Source of the DNA: a virus
Taxonomy: Duplodnaviria; Caudoviricetes
IMG/VR virus record: IMGVR_UViG_3300033148_005005
Span: 1 to 50,873 of that record
DNA: 50,873 nucleotides
Strand: one strand, 5' to 3'
Translations under genes and position numbers: made by a program
Shown: positions 8,883 through 18,881 of the stretch, in pieces
How the letters are laid out: each line of letters begins with the position of its first letter
Numbering within the stretch: the first letter of the stretch is position 1
Notes under the pieces: model-generated
Told to the model about the DNA's origin: nothing
Database searches by the model: none
Seen by the model: the letters and a program-made list of their open reading frames with translations, nothing else

Positions 8883-11527
8883 TGCCTAGAGGTACAGCGA
8901 ATCATTTTAATCGTGGTGAGGTTGATCAAAAGGCATTGGTTCGTAGTGATGTAAAAAGAATCAATAGCTCTGCATCTCTGATGTCAAATTTTATACCATC
9001 TCGATTAGGTAGTATGATTTACCGACCAGGAACTGAATACGTTGTAGAGCTAGATAATACTTATGATCATTATCTTATTCCATTTATTGCGGCAATAGAT
9101 GACACGGCAATCCTTGATTTTTATAATGATAAACTTGAATTCATTGTCAATGATGTGCCGGTTGAAGCGAACACGGTAACATCAACAGTAACGCCAAGCT
9201 TCACAGGATGGAATGACGCATCTACTGGTTCCGCGTTTCTTGATAGCGAAGGTGGTTTGTTACGACTAACAGGCGATGGTTTTTCTAATGCCGTTGCTTA
9301 TCAAAATTTTGGTTCATTTGAAACAGCTGTTGAACATTCACTTAAGATATCAATCAAAGATGCTCCAGTTGCTGCTAAGATTGGAACATCCGGCGTTGGG
9401 TCAACAGATATCTTTAAAGGCACGTTAAAAGTAGGAACTCATATTTTAACTTTTACACCAACGTCATCGCCAACTGTTACGATTGAAACAACCAAAAAAT
9501 ATCACTCTGTTATAACTTCTATGAGCTTCTTAACAAGCGGCCAGAATATAAGTTTAGATACATTGCTTGGTCAGGATAGAATTGAAACCTTGCGGCTTGT
9601 TCAATCAGGTGATGTTGTTTTCTTTGCTTTCCAAGAAATTGTACCAACCACTGATTGGCGTTTATTTGCTGTTGAGCATAGAGGCGATAAGTCTTGGTCA
9701 GTTGTTGATTACTCGCCATATGATGGCCCGTTTGAATCAATTAATAACACCAGCATAACGCTGTCACCTAGCGCGTTAAGCGGCGATATTATTGTCACTT
9801 CTTCAGAGGATCTTTTTGATGCTGGAGATGTGAATTCATTGGTCAAGATATTATCATCGGGCCAAAAGGTAAGTGCATCGATCTCTGTTGATACTGGTGC
9901 TGGCACTAACTCAATCAGAGTTGTTGGTGTTGGTGAAACGCGAGTATTTAAACTTTTTGTGTCTGGTATCACAACAGCAACAGTGACGCTTCAGCGATCT
10001 GCTGATGATTCGAGTTGGGTTGATGTCGCGGCTTATACTGTTGATACGACAACAACTCATGACGATGAGTTTGATAATTCAATATTTTATTATCGTCTTT
10101 TTGTTAAAGCGGGTGAAAATCCTGGGCTTGAAACCTTATCTCTTGATCTTTTATATGCCGCTGGATCGATAGAAGGCGTTTGTCGATTAACTGGTTATAA
10201 AAGCACGACAGAGATGTATGCACAGGTACTACAAGAATTTGGTGGCATTGATGCAACACGAGATTGGTATCAAGGTTCATGGTCTTCAAACAAAGGATTC
10301 CCATCTACTGTTGATATAGCCGAGGGTCGTTTATTCTTTGGTGGTGACCAGGCGACATGGGGATCAGTATCTGATGCTTACTATTCATTTGATCGTGGTA
10401 TCGAGGGTGACTCTGCTTCCATATTGCGTACAATTGGATCGGGGCCAGTCGATGGTATTAAGTGGATAAAAGAAGCCGGTCAATTAATTATTGGAACAGC
10501 TGGCTCTGAAAAAGCTCTGCGATCAAGTTCATATGGTGAAGTGTTATCTCAAAATAATGCGAATCTAAAGAGCGGATCAAACCAAGGGTCATCAAATATT
10601 GATGCGGTAAAAGATGACAACGTTATTTATTTTGTTCAGCGATCAGGTGTTAAGATTTATTCATTGGAAAATACATCAGCTAGTGAAAAGTTTGTGACAA
10701 CCGATGCAAACTTATTGAATCAAAAAATATGCGCCGTTGGCATTAAAAGGCTTGCTGTTGTAAAGCAACCAGAAAGCAGAATATATGCGCTGCTGAATGA
10801 TGGAAGCATGGCCGTGTACACGGTTGATCAAGCTGAAGAGGTTGCAGGATGGAGTCGTTTATCTATGAGCGACCAAGGCACTTTTGTTATAGAAGATATC
10901 ATTGTTTTACCAAGTCAGAATGAAGATGTTATTTATCTGGTGGTTAATCGTGATGGTGATAAATACTTAGAAAAGATGGCTAAATATATTAACTGCGTTG
11001 GTGGTGATGTATCAGAAACGTTTGATAGTTTTCTTCGATACACGTCACCGGGCACAACCATAACCGGTCTTGGTCATCTGGAAGGTTTTAGTGTTGGTGT
11101 ATGGGCTGATGGTCAAGACAGGGAATCACAGGTTGTTGCTAGTGGCTCAATTACCGTCAGTGCTGCATGGACTAATGTGATTGTTGGTCTTCGTTATACG
11201 GCTGATTATATTTCAAACAAATTAGATAACTATGATAAGTATTCAGTATTAACTGAGCTTAAGCGAGTCGTTGATACGGGACTGGTGTTAATGGATTACT
11301 GGCCTGGGTCATTAAAGATAGGGCCGACTAATGCAGACATGAAACCATTGCCATTAATTGAAGACGGCAAAGTTGTTGATATGACGGCTACCATCAGTGA
11401 TTACAGCGAAAGACCATTTGATTATGATGGTGATACTGAGGTTGATCCACGTATTCATATGCAAGCGACTGGCCCTTGCACTATACTGGCGTTAACTTAC
11501 GATATAGAAGGTGATCGTTCAGCGTGA
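8882..11527 (+). CDS. Tail nozzle (tail tubular protein B, T7 gp12-like)
   Basis: TAATG coupling at 8880-8884; N-terminal FNRGEVD and RPGTEYV; GFPS...EGRLFFGG; VAGWSR. Confidence 0.87.
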   Translation: MPRGTANHFNRGEVDQKALVRSDVKRINSSASLMSNFIPSRLGSMIYRPGTEYVVELDNTYDHYLIPFIAAIDDTAILDFYNDKLEFIVNDVPVEANTVTSTVTPSFTGWNDASTGSAFLDSEGGLLRLTGDGFSNAVAYQNFGSFETAVEHSLKISIKDAPVAAKIGTSGVGSTDIFKGTLKVGTHILTFTPTSSPTVTIETTKKYHSVITSMSFLTSGQNISLDTLLGQDRIETLRLVQSGDVVFFAFQEIVPTTDWRLFAVEHRGDKSWSVVDYSPYDGPFESINNTSITLSPSALSGDIIVTSSEDLFDAGDVNSLVKILSSGQKVSASISVDTGAGTNSIRVVGVGETRVFKLFVSGITTATVTLQRSADDSSWVDVAAYTVDTTTTHDDEFDNSIFYYRLFVKAGENPGLETLSLDLLYAAGSIEGVCRLTGYKSTTEMYAQVLQEFGGIDATRDWYQGSWSSNKGFPSTVDIAEGRLFFGGDQATWGSVSDAYYSFDRGIEGDSASILRTIGSGPVDGIKWIKEAGQLIIGTAGSEKALRSSSYGEVLSQNNANLKSGSNQGSSNIDAVKDDNVIYFVQRSGVKIYSLENTSASEKFVTTDANLLNQKICAVGIKRLAVVKQPESRIYALLNDGSMAVYTVDQAEEVAGWSRLSMSDQGTFVIEDIIVLPSQNEDVIYLVVNRDGDKYLEKMAKYINCVGGDVSETFDSFLRYTSPGTTITGLGHLEGFSVGVWADGQDRESQVVASGSITVSAAWTNVIVGLRYTADYISNKLDNYDKYSVLTELKRVVDTGLVLMDYWPGSLKIGPTNADMKPLPLIEDGKVVDMTATISDYSERPFDYDGDTEVDPRIHMQATGPCTILALTYDIEGDRSA

Positions 11528-11874
11528 TACGAGCTGCTAACAGAGATGATATAATCGCTTGGCGCGGTGAACCCTATAAAGAATCATTCAGGGGAATCGT
11601 TGTTGAGATTGATGGCGAGGTGATTGGTATAGGTGGCGTTCTTCATGCTGCTCAATTACAGGCTTTCAGTGAGATAACAGATGAATTGAGGAAGCGGCCA
11701 AAATTATTAGTGTTGGCTGCGAGAGAATTTAGAAAGGTTTTGAATCAATATGATTATCCTGTTTATGCAGGGGCTAGTGAAAAAGAAGTGAATGCCGGTG
11801 GTTTTTTAGAGTACATTGGTTTTGAACATTATAAAGAGAGGATTTACAGATGGGTGCAGCCGCAATACCGTTAA
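11524..11874 (+). CDS. GNAT-like small protein (T7 gp13-like position)
   Basis: MIRAA..DD start, GEVIGIGG and FLEYIGF; position after the nozzle. Confidence 0.6.
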   Translation: MIRAANRDDIIAWRGEPYKESFRGIVVEIDGEVIGIGGVLHAAQLQAFSEITDELRKRPKLLVLAAREFRKVLNQYDYPVYAGASEKEVNAGGFLEYIGFEHYKERIYRWVQPQYR

Positions 11875-12257
11875 TGGTCGGCGCAACAATGATCAGTGCA
11901 AGCGCCTCTATACAACAAGGTGAGGCAGCTCAACAAGCCGCTGAATTTAGAGCCAAGACACAAACAGCTGCTGGCACAAGAAAGGCCGGTGCAGCTAAAC
12001 GTGCTGGTGATATTGTTACATCTGATGCAAGGGCGGCAATGGCAGCTGGTGGTGGTTCTGCTAGTGATCCTGGTGCTATATCTACTATTGGTAAAATTCA
12101 ATCTGAAGCTGAGTACAATGCGTTGGCTGCTCTGTATGAAGGTGAGACAGCAGCAGACATATCTATTTATGAAGGTGAGAGAGCGCAAGAAGCCGCTCAA
12201 ATGCAAACTCTTAGTACAGTCTTAAGTGGTGCATCACGAATATCAAGAATGCCGTAA
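11850..12257 (+). CDS. Internal virion protein (T7 gp14-like)
   Basis: Ala/Gly/Gln-rich with a hydrophobic N-terminus; RAAMAAGG motif. Confidence 0.7.
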   Translation: MGAAAIPLMVGATMISASASIQQGEAAQQAAEFRAKTQTAAGTRKAGAAKRAGDIVTSDARAAMAAGGGSASDPGAISTIGKIQSEAEYNALAALYEGETAADISIYEGERAQEAAQMQTLSTVLSGASRISRMP

Positions 12258-12296
12258 ATGTGATGCAGTAATGAATAAGGTTAATGGATAAATAAG

Positions 12297-13880
12297 ATGC
12301 CAAAAATAAAAACAGCTCGATCATTGGTGCGTAAGATCCCTGAAGTAAGCGGGGTCATCAGCACAAAAGGAGCTGGCGCAAATATAGGCAAGGGCTTGGC
12401 TGATGTGGCAGAAGCTGCTTATAGTTATGGTCAGCGTCAAAACAACAATCAACTAGCAAAAGCAAACTCTGACATGAGTACGTTTATCATTGGTGAGTCA
12501 GCTGCTTATGATGAAGATCCAGACTACAAAACTATTGAAAATAGATTCACTGGTAATACAACAAAAAAAATGGGCGAGATTGCTGCAAACATAACTGATG
12601 CTGCTACACGAGAAAAATTCTTAAACAGCTTTAAACCAAAAGTAGCGATGGCAACAGAAAAAGTAAACGATATTGCTTGGGGTAAAGAGCGGTCATTTGA
12701 AAGAGGCGGACTATCTACGCGGTTAACTACTCAACGAGATGCTGCTATTTTATCAGGTGATATTGGTGGCGCTGGTACGATGGCTGGTGATCTTATTCAG
12801 TCACACGTTGATCTTGGTCATATTAGTGCTGAAGAAGCCGCGAAAATGAATAAGTCATTTAAAGACAGTTTGACTAAGGGGTACATAAAAGCACAGCCAC
12901 CAGAAAAAAGACTTGAAGCGTTAAAGAATCCAACTGTTAAAAAGAATTTGCCACCTGATGTTTTCGCAGAGCTTAACCGCGCTGCTGAAAGTGAATTGAG
13001 GGAAGGCAAGGCCCAAACTCAAGTTGATGAATACATGACTGATCCTGATGTTGATCGTATTGAAGTGATGGATAAAATAGAAAAGAAATACGGGAAAGAT
13101 CCTGCTTTGAGAAAAGAAGTTGAAGCTCGTTTTGATTATGATTTCAATAAGCGAGAAAAAGGAATTGCTGAAGGCAGAGATAAACTACATAGCGATTATT
13201 TCTTACCTGTTAGAGCTGGTGAAATGATGGTCAAGGATATCCCAAGGGAAGAGCTTGAGCGCATGAGTCCTAAACAGCAAAACAGTTTATTTGCGGCTCA
13301 AGCTAATTCTGTTGCTAAATCTAAAACGCCTTATAACGTAATTCATGATGACACAATGAACGCATTGTATCGGTCTAAGAATTTTCAGGATCTTCGTCAG
13401 TATTTCCGAGATAACGCTCACGAATTAAGTGACGCTCAATTGAAGCAATGGTCAAAGACATCTGTCGAGGGCGTAGTGCCTGAACACAAAGCTCCGTTTA
13501 CTTTAACTGAAACAATAAATAATAAAGTGCCTGGTTATAGTAAAGAGAAAAGAGGTGAGTTAAAAGAATCTGTCTCTGAGTGGGTATTTGATTATCAGGA
13601 AAAAGAAAAACAATACCCTGATGATAAAGCAATCAATAACGAGATAGACAGAAAAATAATGGAGTATGGAACAACTGGCTGGTTTATGGGTCGTGATCCA
13701 ACACCAACATTTAAGATGGAAGAAGAAGAACAGAAGTTTGTTCTTAAATCTGCGAAAGAAGAAAACAAAAAAGCTTATAATGATGCTGAAGAATACTTTA
13801 AGGGGAAAGGTGTTCAGCCAGATATGGGTCAGTTCATGCAAGTTTTCGATAAGCTAAAGGGAAGACCTAATGCTGAGTGA
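12297..13880 (+). CDS. Internal virion/ejection protein (gp15-like position)
   Basis: 527-aa charged helical protein in the ejection cluster. Confidence 0.65.
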   Translation: MPKIKTARSLVRKIPEVSGVISTKGAGANIGKGLADVAEAAYSYGQRQNNNQLAKANSDMSTFIIGESAAYDEDPDYKTIENRFTGNTTKKMGEIAANITDAATREKFLNSFKPKVAMATEKVNDIAWGKERSFERGGLSTRLTTQRDAAILSGDIGGAGTMAGDLIQSHVDLGHISAEEAAKMNKSFKDSLTKGYIKAQPPEKRLEALKNPTVKKNLPPDVFAELNRAAESELREGKAQTQVDEYMTDPDVDRIEVMDKIEKKYGKDPALRKEVEARFDYDFNKREKGIAEGRDKLHSDYFLPVRAGEMMVKDIPREELERMSPKQQNSLFAAQANSVAKSKTPYNVIHDDTMNALYRSKNFQDLRQYFRDNAHELSDAQLKQWSKTSVEGVVPEHKAPFTLTETINNKVPGYSKEKRGELKESVSEWVFDYQEKEKQYPDDKAINNEIDRKIMEYGTTGWFMGRDPTPTFKMEEEEQKFVLKSAKEENKKAYNDAEEYFKGKGVQPDMGQFMQVFDKLKGRPNAE

Positions 13881-15873
13881 TGATGACATAAAATCACTGG
13901 ATGTTTTGCGCGGCGAACCTGATCTGAGTGAGTCGCTAAATCTTGCCACGATGAATGATCCTGACAAGGCTGCTGAGTCTCTTGGTATGCCGATATCAAA
14001 TGAAACCTATCAGGCAAATAAACCTCAGATTGATCGGTCTAAAAAACTAGACTTAATTAATATTGAAAGCTTAAAAAAATTACACCCTAAAACATCCAGC
14101 TGGTTGACTGATAAAACCAATGCGTCGATTGCGATTGATGATCTTGATATCCTAAAGGGCATGGAAGATACAACGACTGCTCATGATCGAACATGGGGTG
14201 AATTCGGTATTGATACATCTGTTGATCTTGGTAAGGGTGTTGTCGGTCTTGGTCAATCGATTGTTGGTTTGCTTGATATTGTTACTATAAATCGGTTTGG
14301 TCATGCTGCTGAAATTCTTGGTTATGAACCAGAAAAAACAAAAAAGTTTTTATCTAAATTTTATAGTGAAGAAAGAAAAGAAGCTGATATAAAAGTCGCT
14401 AAAGCAAAAGGTTTTTTTGGAACGTTAGAAGCGTTAGCTGAAGAACCTGAAACTGCTCTTGGTACTATTGTTGAATCAACACCTATGATGATCGGGGCCG
14501 CTGCTGCTGTTAAAAAAGTAGCGAGTGAGATGCTATTGAGTGCCGGTGTTGAAGCAGGTACGCCAGCTGCAACAAAACTTTTAACCAGTGCCGATGCTAT
14601 AGCAAAATTAACTGTAGCGTCATCTGCATCAGAAGGCGCAATGGTTGCTGGTCAGATTCAAGAGACTGCACGAGGGAAAGGAAAGGAATACACTGAGTCA
14701 ATATTACCAGCTACTATTGCTGGTTTAACTACCACGTTAATTGGCTTGCTGTCATCAAAGCTTATTCCTGATGCAGAAGTTAGTCTTGTATTGGCTTCTC
14801 TTGGTAGTGGTGCAAAAAAGGAATTCTTAGCAGCTGGAAAAGAAATAGCTAAAACAACATTCAAAGAAGGTGTGCTTGAAGAGTTGCCTCAGTCTGCACA
14901 AGAACAAATATTTACCAACTTAGCACTCGGCAAGCCTTGGTCTGATGGTGTACCAGAAGGATCAGCAATGGGGCTTGTGGCTGGTACTGGTACTGGCTTC
15001 GGTATGTCTGTCGGTACTCAAACATTAACTTTAATAAACAGTACTGAGCGCGATGCTAATGTTGCTGTTAAATCAAATGCAGACCAGAAAGAAATAGACA
15101 CTATTGTTTCATTCGCTCAATCCAGCACAACAAATGAACGATCAACAGAACACTTTGAAGACTTCGTGAATTCATTGGGTGAAGATAAAGAAGTATTGAT
15201 ACCGAATGAAGTTGCAGAGCAAATGGTTGATGCACCTGATTACATTACTGATCAATTAAATGATTTAGGAATCAGTATTTCAATACCATTAAAAAAGTTT
15301 GCCGGTGAGGTCGCACTCAATGAAGAATGGATGGGTTTGATTCGTCCACATATAAAATTAAGTTCAAATACATTAAGCCAAACTGAGATTGATGATGCTG
15401 ATCGTGGTGAGATACAAGAGCTATTGAAGAGAGCCAAGGTCGAGCAGGAAACCATCACTGAGGCCGATAGAATATTTGACACGGTTAAGGATCAATTAAA
15501 AGAAACAAAAATGCAGGGCGAATCAACAGCGAGACATAGTGCTGCTTTGTATCCTGCTTATGCAGCTGTCTACGTTGAGAAGGCAAGAAAAGCTGGTCAT
15601 GATATCACTATGTCTGAAGCGTTCGAGATGATGGGTTTCAGTGTCCAGGCTGGCGATGTTGATGTTGAGGTTGCTGGCACGATACTGGATCAACCGGCTG
15701 ATGAGGATGTGCTTGCTCAACAAGATATACCTGATGATCTTGAGATAACAATGGAATCAGAGGCTATTGAAACTGGTGATGTTACTGAGGCGACATATAA
15801 TGCTAAAGAGCTATCAACCGAAATTGATGATAAACTCGATTCATATCAGAAATTGTTGGATTGTTTACAATGA
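13870..15873 (+). CDS. Large ejection protein, N-terminal part
   Basis: Gly/Ala-rich amphipathic segments, EG..EE..Q motif; ends ...YQKLLDCLQ. Confidence 0.7.
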   Translation: MLSDDDIKSLDVLRGEPDLSESLNLATMNDPDKAAESLGMPISNETYQANKPQIDRSKKLDLINIESLKKLHPKTSSWLTDKTNASIAIDDLDILKGMEDTTTAHDRTWGEFGIDTSVDLGKGVVGLGQSIVGLLDIVTINRFGHAAEILGYEPEKTKKFLSKFYSEERKEADIKVAKAKGFFGTLEALAEEPETALGTIVESTPMMIGAAAAVKKVASEMLLSAGVEAGTPAATKLLTSADAIAKLTVASSASEGAMVAGQIQETARGKGKEYTESILPATIAGLTTTLIGLLSSKLIPDAEVSLVLASLGSGAKKEFLAAGKEIAKTTFKEGVLEELPQSAQEQIFTNLALGKPWSDGVPEGSAMGLVAGTGTGFGMSVGTQTLTLINSTERDANVAVKSNADQKEIDTIVSFAQSSTTNERSTEHFEDFVNSLGEDKEVLIPNEVAEQMVDAPDYITDQLNDLGISISIPLKKFAGEVALNEEWMGLIRPHIKLSSNTLSQTEIDDADRGEIQELLKRAKVEQETITEADRIFDTVKDQLKETKMQGESTARHSAALYPAYAAVYVEKARKAGHDITMSEAFEMMGFSVQAGDVDVEVAGTILDQPADEDVLAQQDIPDDLEITMESEAIETGDVTEATYNAKELSTEIDDKLDSYQKLLDCLQ

Positions 15874-16148
15874 AAACATCGAAGCTTGAGCTTGTGAAAA
15901 AAGAAGAAAAAAAAGCCGAGTCCAATATAAAAATTGAGCCTGTGATTCAGGTTAATGTACCAGCGCCTGATATGAATCCAATTGCGATGGCTATTGAAAA
16001 GATGATATCTGAGCCTGTTGCACCAAAATTTGATGTGCATATTCATGAGAAAGAAAAAAAACCAAAGCGTGTTAAGATAGAAGTCACAGAACGTGATGGA
16101 CGCGGATTTATTAAAGCATTAATATGTACTGAAATACAGGATAATTAA
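15870..16148 (+). CDS. Small protein with PVIQVNVPAP and VTERDGRG motifs
   Basis: ATGA overlap with the upstream stop. Confidence 0.7.
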   Translation: MKTSKLELVKKEEKKAESNIKIEPVIQVNVPAPDMNPIAMAIEKMISEPVAPKFDVHIHEKEKKPKRVKIEVTERDGRGFIKALICTEIQDN

Positions 16149-16150
16149 TA

Positions 16151-17290
16151 ATGGCTACCGTACAAGATACAGATTTTTCAGGCTGTCAAGTACAATCGAC
16201 TCGGCCATATTTAGATGGCGCATTTTTCTCATCTGACAGGGGTGGCGTTGGCGGCTTGCCAATAGATTCAACTGTATTCGCTAAGTATGAGTCTAATATG
16301 ACTACATACGGCGGGGTTTGGGGTGAGGCACTTTTGCTGGTCGATGAAGCTGATATGGTTTTCCCTGGGTGGACAGGCTACAGCTATGTTTATTATGATG
16401 GAACATCAGGCTTTTATAAAATTCAAGAGTACACAGGAAACACAAACCCGTGGCAGGGATACGCAGATCACGCCAAACTGTTTTATAGAGATAAGTTCTG
16501 TGGGTATTACAACTATGGAGTGGCTGGTTTTGACAGGTTTCCTCATGGGTTGTACCGAGATTGGTTAGTAACATCAGATGCAGATTCGTTAGCAGGAATT
16601 ACTCTACTCCGTGATAATGCCTCATTTTCTGACCCTGCTAGTACACCGCAGTTGTGGTATTCAGGGTTATCAAGAGAGACTGCGTATGCACTCGGTAATC
16701 ACGTAATAGCAGAACGTGTTGGAGAAACGCGTGTTACAGCTAAAGTTGATCTTTATGTAGCAATGGCTTTGCAGCATATCTACGAATGGACTACTTATGA
16801 TTTTGCACAGGGAGTTCCTGAGTACGAAAGGGTTTCTCCATTCATGTGTGGTTTAACCTCTGAGGCTCTTATTAGTTATTATGAGTGGGAAGTTGAAGAA
16901 GGCAACAATCCAGACAACACAATCCCAGAAGCATTGAAAACACTCGCTAATCATTTAATAGTGGCAACTGTACAAGAAGGCCCAAATACTGGATTGCCGA
17001 TGTGGTCAGATGACGCTGAATCATCAGGGTATGGAGCGTTCAGGTATGAGGATAGAGAGATATCTGGAACAGGGACAAACTTTGCTCCTGCGTTGAGTTT
17101 ATTAATTGCGCCTTTATATTCTTGGTTATATAACCACTACAACGATACTTACTACAGAGATTTTGGTGATAAGGTTTTTGCTGGTGGCGTTATGATTAAT
17201 TCTGACTACCTACTAGGCGAGATTACCGGTAAGCAGTTCTTCCAAAACTATCGCTGGAGTTTTGACCATCTTGTTTGGAGAGCGCAATAA
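16151..17290 (+). CDS. Hypothetical Tyr/Trp-rich protein, possibly an alpha/alpha-toroid glycan-acting enzyme
   Basis: 379 aa; aromatic-rich helical repeats (SRETAYAL, PFMCGLTSEALISYYE, YSWLY..Y.D..YRDFGDKVF); fold is inferred. Confidence 0.45.
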   Translation: MATVQDTDFSGCQVQSTRPYLDGAFFSSDRGGVGGLPIDSTVFAKYESNMTTYGGVWGEALLLVDEADMVFPGWTGYSYVYYDGTSGFYKIQEYTGNTNPWQGYADHAKLFYRDKFCGYYNYGVAGFDRFPHGLYRDWLVTSDADSLAGITLLRDNASFSDPASTPQLWYSGLSRETAYALGNHVIAERVGETRVTAKVDLYVAMALQHIYEWTTYDFAQGVPEYERVSPFMCGLTSEALISYYEWEVEEGNNPDNTIPEALKTLANHLIVATVQEGPNTGLPMWSDDAESSGYGAFRYEDREISGTGTNFAPALSLLIAPLYSWLYNHYNDTYYRDFGDKVFAGGVMINSDYLLGEITGKQFFQNYRWSFDHLVWRAQ

Positions 17291-18501
17291 TGACTATCTC
17301 TACGATTGGTGCAAACACTGTTGATACCTTTCCTGGTGTAGAAGATACACAGATTAAGCAAGGCTCGCCGACGAGTAACTTCTCTACCGATACACTCCTG
17401 CAAGTTACAAAGTATGGAGTTAATAATCACACCCATACTTTGATGAAGTTTACCGGACTATCTAATATACCATCTGGTGATGTAATTAGTGATGTTACGC
17501 TTTATGTATATAATCAGTTTAATACGGCCCCTGCGAGTACAACGGCGTCTATAAGAAAGATCCTTGCTAGTTGGGATAACGCACAAGTAACATGGAATGA
17601 AGCCTCTACTGGCGTTAATTGGAACACCGGCGGCGGTATTGGCGCAGGCACTGATAGGGTAGATACTGCATTAGGCACTATACCTTTAGATCAGGTCGGT
17701 ACTTATCAGAGCTTGAACTCGGCTGCATTACTAACTTATATCCAAGGAATTCATGCAGGGACTATTACAAATAATGGGTTCCATTTAGAAAGAACCGATG
17801 CAGGGGAAGATGCCCTAGTAAGTAGGGTTCAAGGTTCTTTAAGTTCAGATAATCAAAGACCTTATTTAGAAGTTACTCATGCGGCTGGAACCTCTGCGAC
17901 AATAATCTCAGTTGATACTCCTGTTCTTGATGGACAAACTGATATAGAGGTCTATGTTTCAAATTTTGGCAGTGATATATCATCAGTAACTCTTGAAGAT
18001 TTAAGTAGCACATATTCTGCTACTTGCACGATTCAATCCGGTGCTGGTGATGGGCCTTATTTAGTAACGATACCTGATTCAACTTCTTTTCTTGTTGATA
18101 CTTTAGGTGTGCCGTTAGCGACTACCAATTGGCCTTCACTAAATATTATTGTAGGTGATGGTGTTGATACTGCGAGTGCTAGTTTTGTTATTAATCCAAA
18201 AGTAGGATGGGGTATTGTAGAGATGGTTATTCCATCAACCGCAGAAGGTTCTTTGTTTTATGGATGGGCTGTTCCACCTGTCGCTACAGACCAAGTTCGT
18301 TATCCAACGGCAGATAACTTTTCTGTTACGGATGCGGGTATTCCATCTGGCGACCAAACAACAGGTTCAATAGGATTGTTTCTATTTGATACCACTACTG
18401 GCGAGATAAAACCCTTTGACCATGTGCTTACAGCAATTGGCAGTCCACCAACAGGAAAGCATAGCGGGTTTATGTCATCATTCGGAAATCTTGGTAGTTA
18501 A
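17290..18501 (+). CDS. DNRLRE-domain (carbohydrate-binding-like) structural protein
   Basis: TAATG coupling; EDTQI...P.SNF, TLMKF, IPSG.VISDVTLYVY, W....VTWN, NNGF, RPYLEVT pattern. Confidence 0.65.
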   Translation: MTISTIGANTVDTFPGVEDTQIKQGSPTSNFSTDTLLQVTKYGVNNHTHTLMKFTGLSNIPSGDVISDVTLYVYNQFNTAPASTTASIRKILASWDNAQVTWNEASTGVNWNTGGGIGAGTDRVDTALGTIPLDQVGTYQSLNSAALLTYIQGIHAGTITNNGFHLERTDAGEDALVSRVQGSLSSDNQRPYLEVTHAAGTSATIISVDTPVLDGQTDIEVYVSNFGSDISSVTLEDLSSTYSATCTIQSGAGDGPYLVTIPDSTSFLVDTLGVPLATTNWPSLNIIVGDGVDTASASFVINPKVGWGIVEMVIPSTAEGSLFYGWAVPPVATDQVRYPTADNFSVTDAGIPSGDQTTGSIGLFLFDTTTGEIKPFDHVLTAIGSPPTGKHSGFMSSFGNLGS

Positions 18502-18521
18502 ATTTAAAAGAGGAAAACATC

Positions 18522-18863
18522 ATGGCTAATATGTACATAAGCGAATACTCAGCGGTAGCACACGCAAAGAACGACCCAACTGTTAATTACGGTCAAGCTA
18601 TTCAAGATGCCGGTATTGCTTTGCAGATTCCGATGGAGCCGCCAGTGACAACACCACAAAAGATCGTGTTCTCAGCTAGCGCACAATCTGTTGCTTTTCA
18701 TGATAATGTAAAATTCATCTGCATTCATTTAGATGCTGATGGTCATGTGGCGGTAGGCGAAAATCCTACTGCAACAACATCTTATAGAAAGCTACTTGCT
18801 GGCGTTGATTATTATGTTGGTGTCACGCCAGGTCATAAGATCGCAGCTATAACAGCAGTATAA
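18522..18863 (+). CDS. Small beta-rich virion protein (spike-base/decoration-like)
   Basis: SD agagga; SAQSVAF...GENPTAT...GHKIAAI. Confidence 0.55.
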   Translation: MANMYISEYSAVAHAKNDPTVNYGQAIQDAGIALQIPMEPPVTTPQKIVFSASAQSVAFHDNVKFICIHLDADGHVAVGENPTATTSYRKLLAGVDYYVGVTPGHKIAAITAV

Positions 18864-18881
18864 TTCTTGCGGAGATAATTA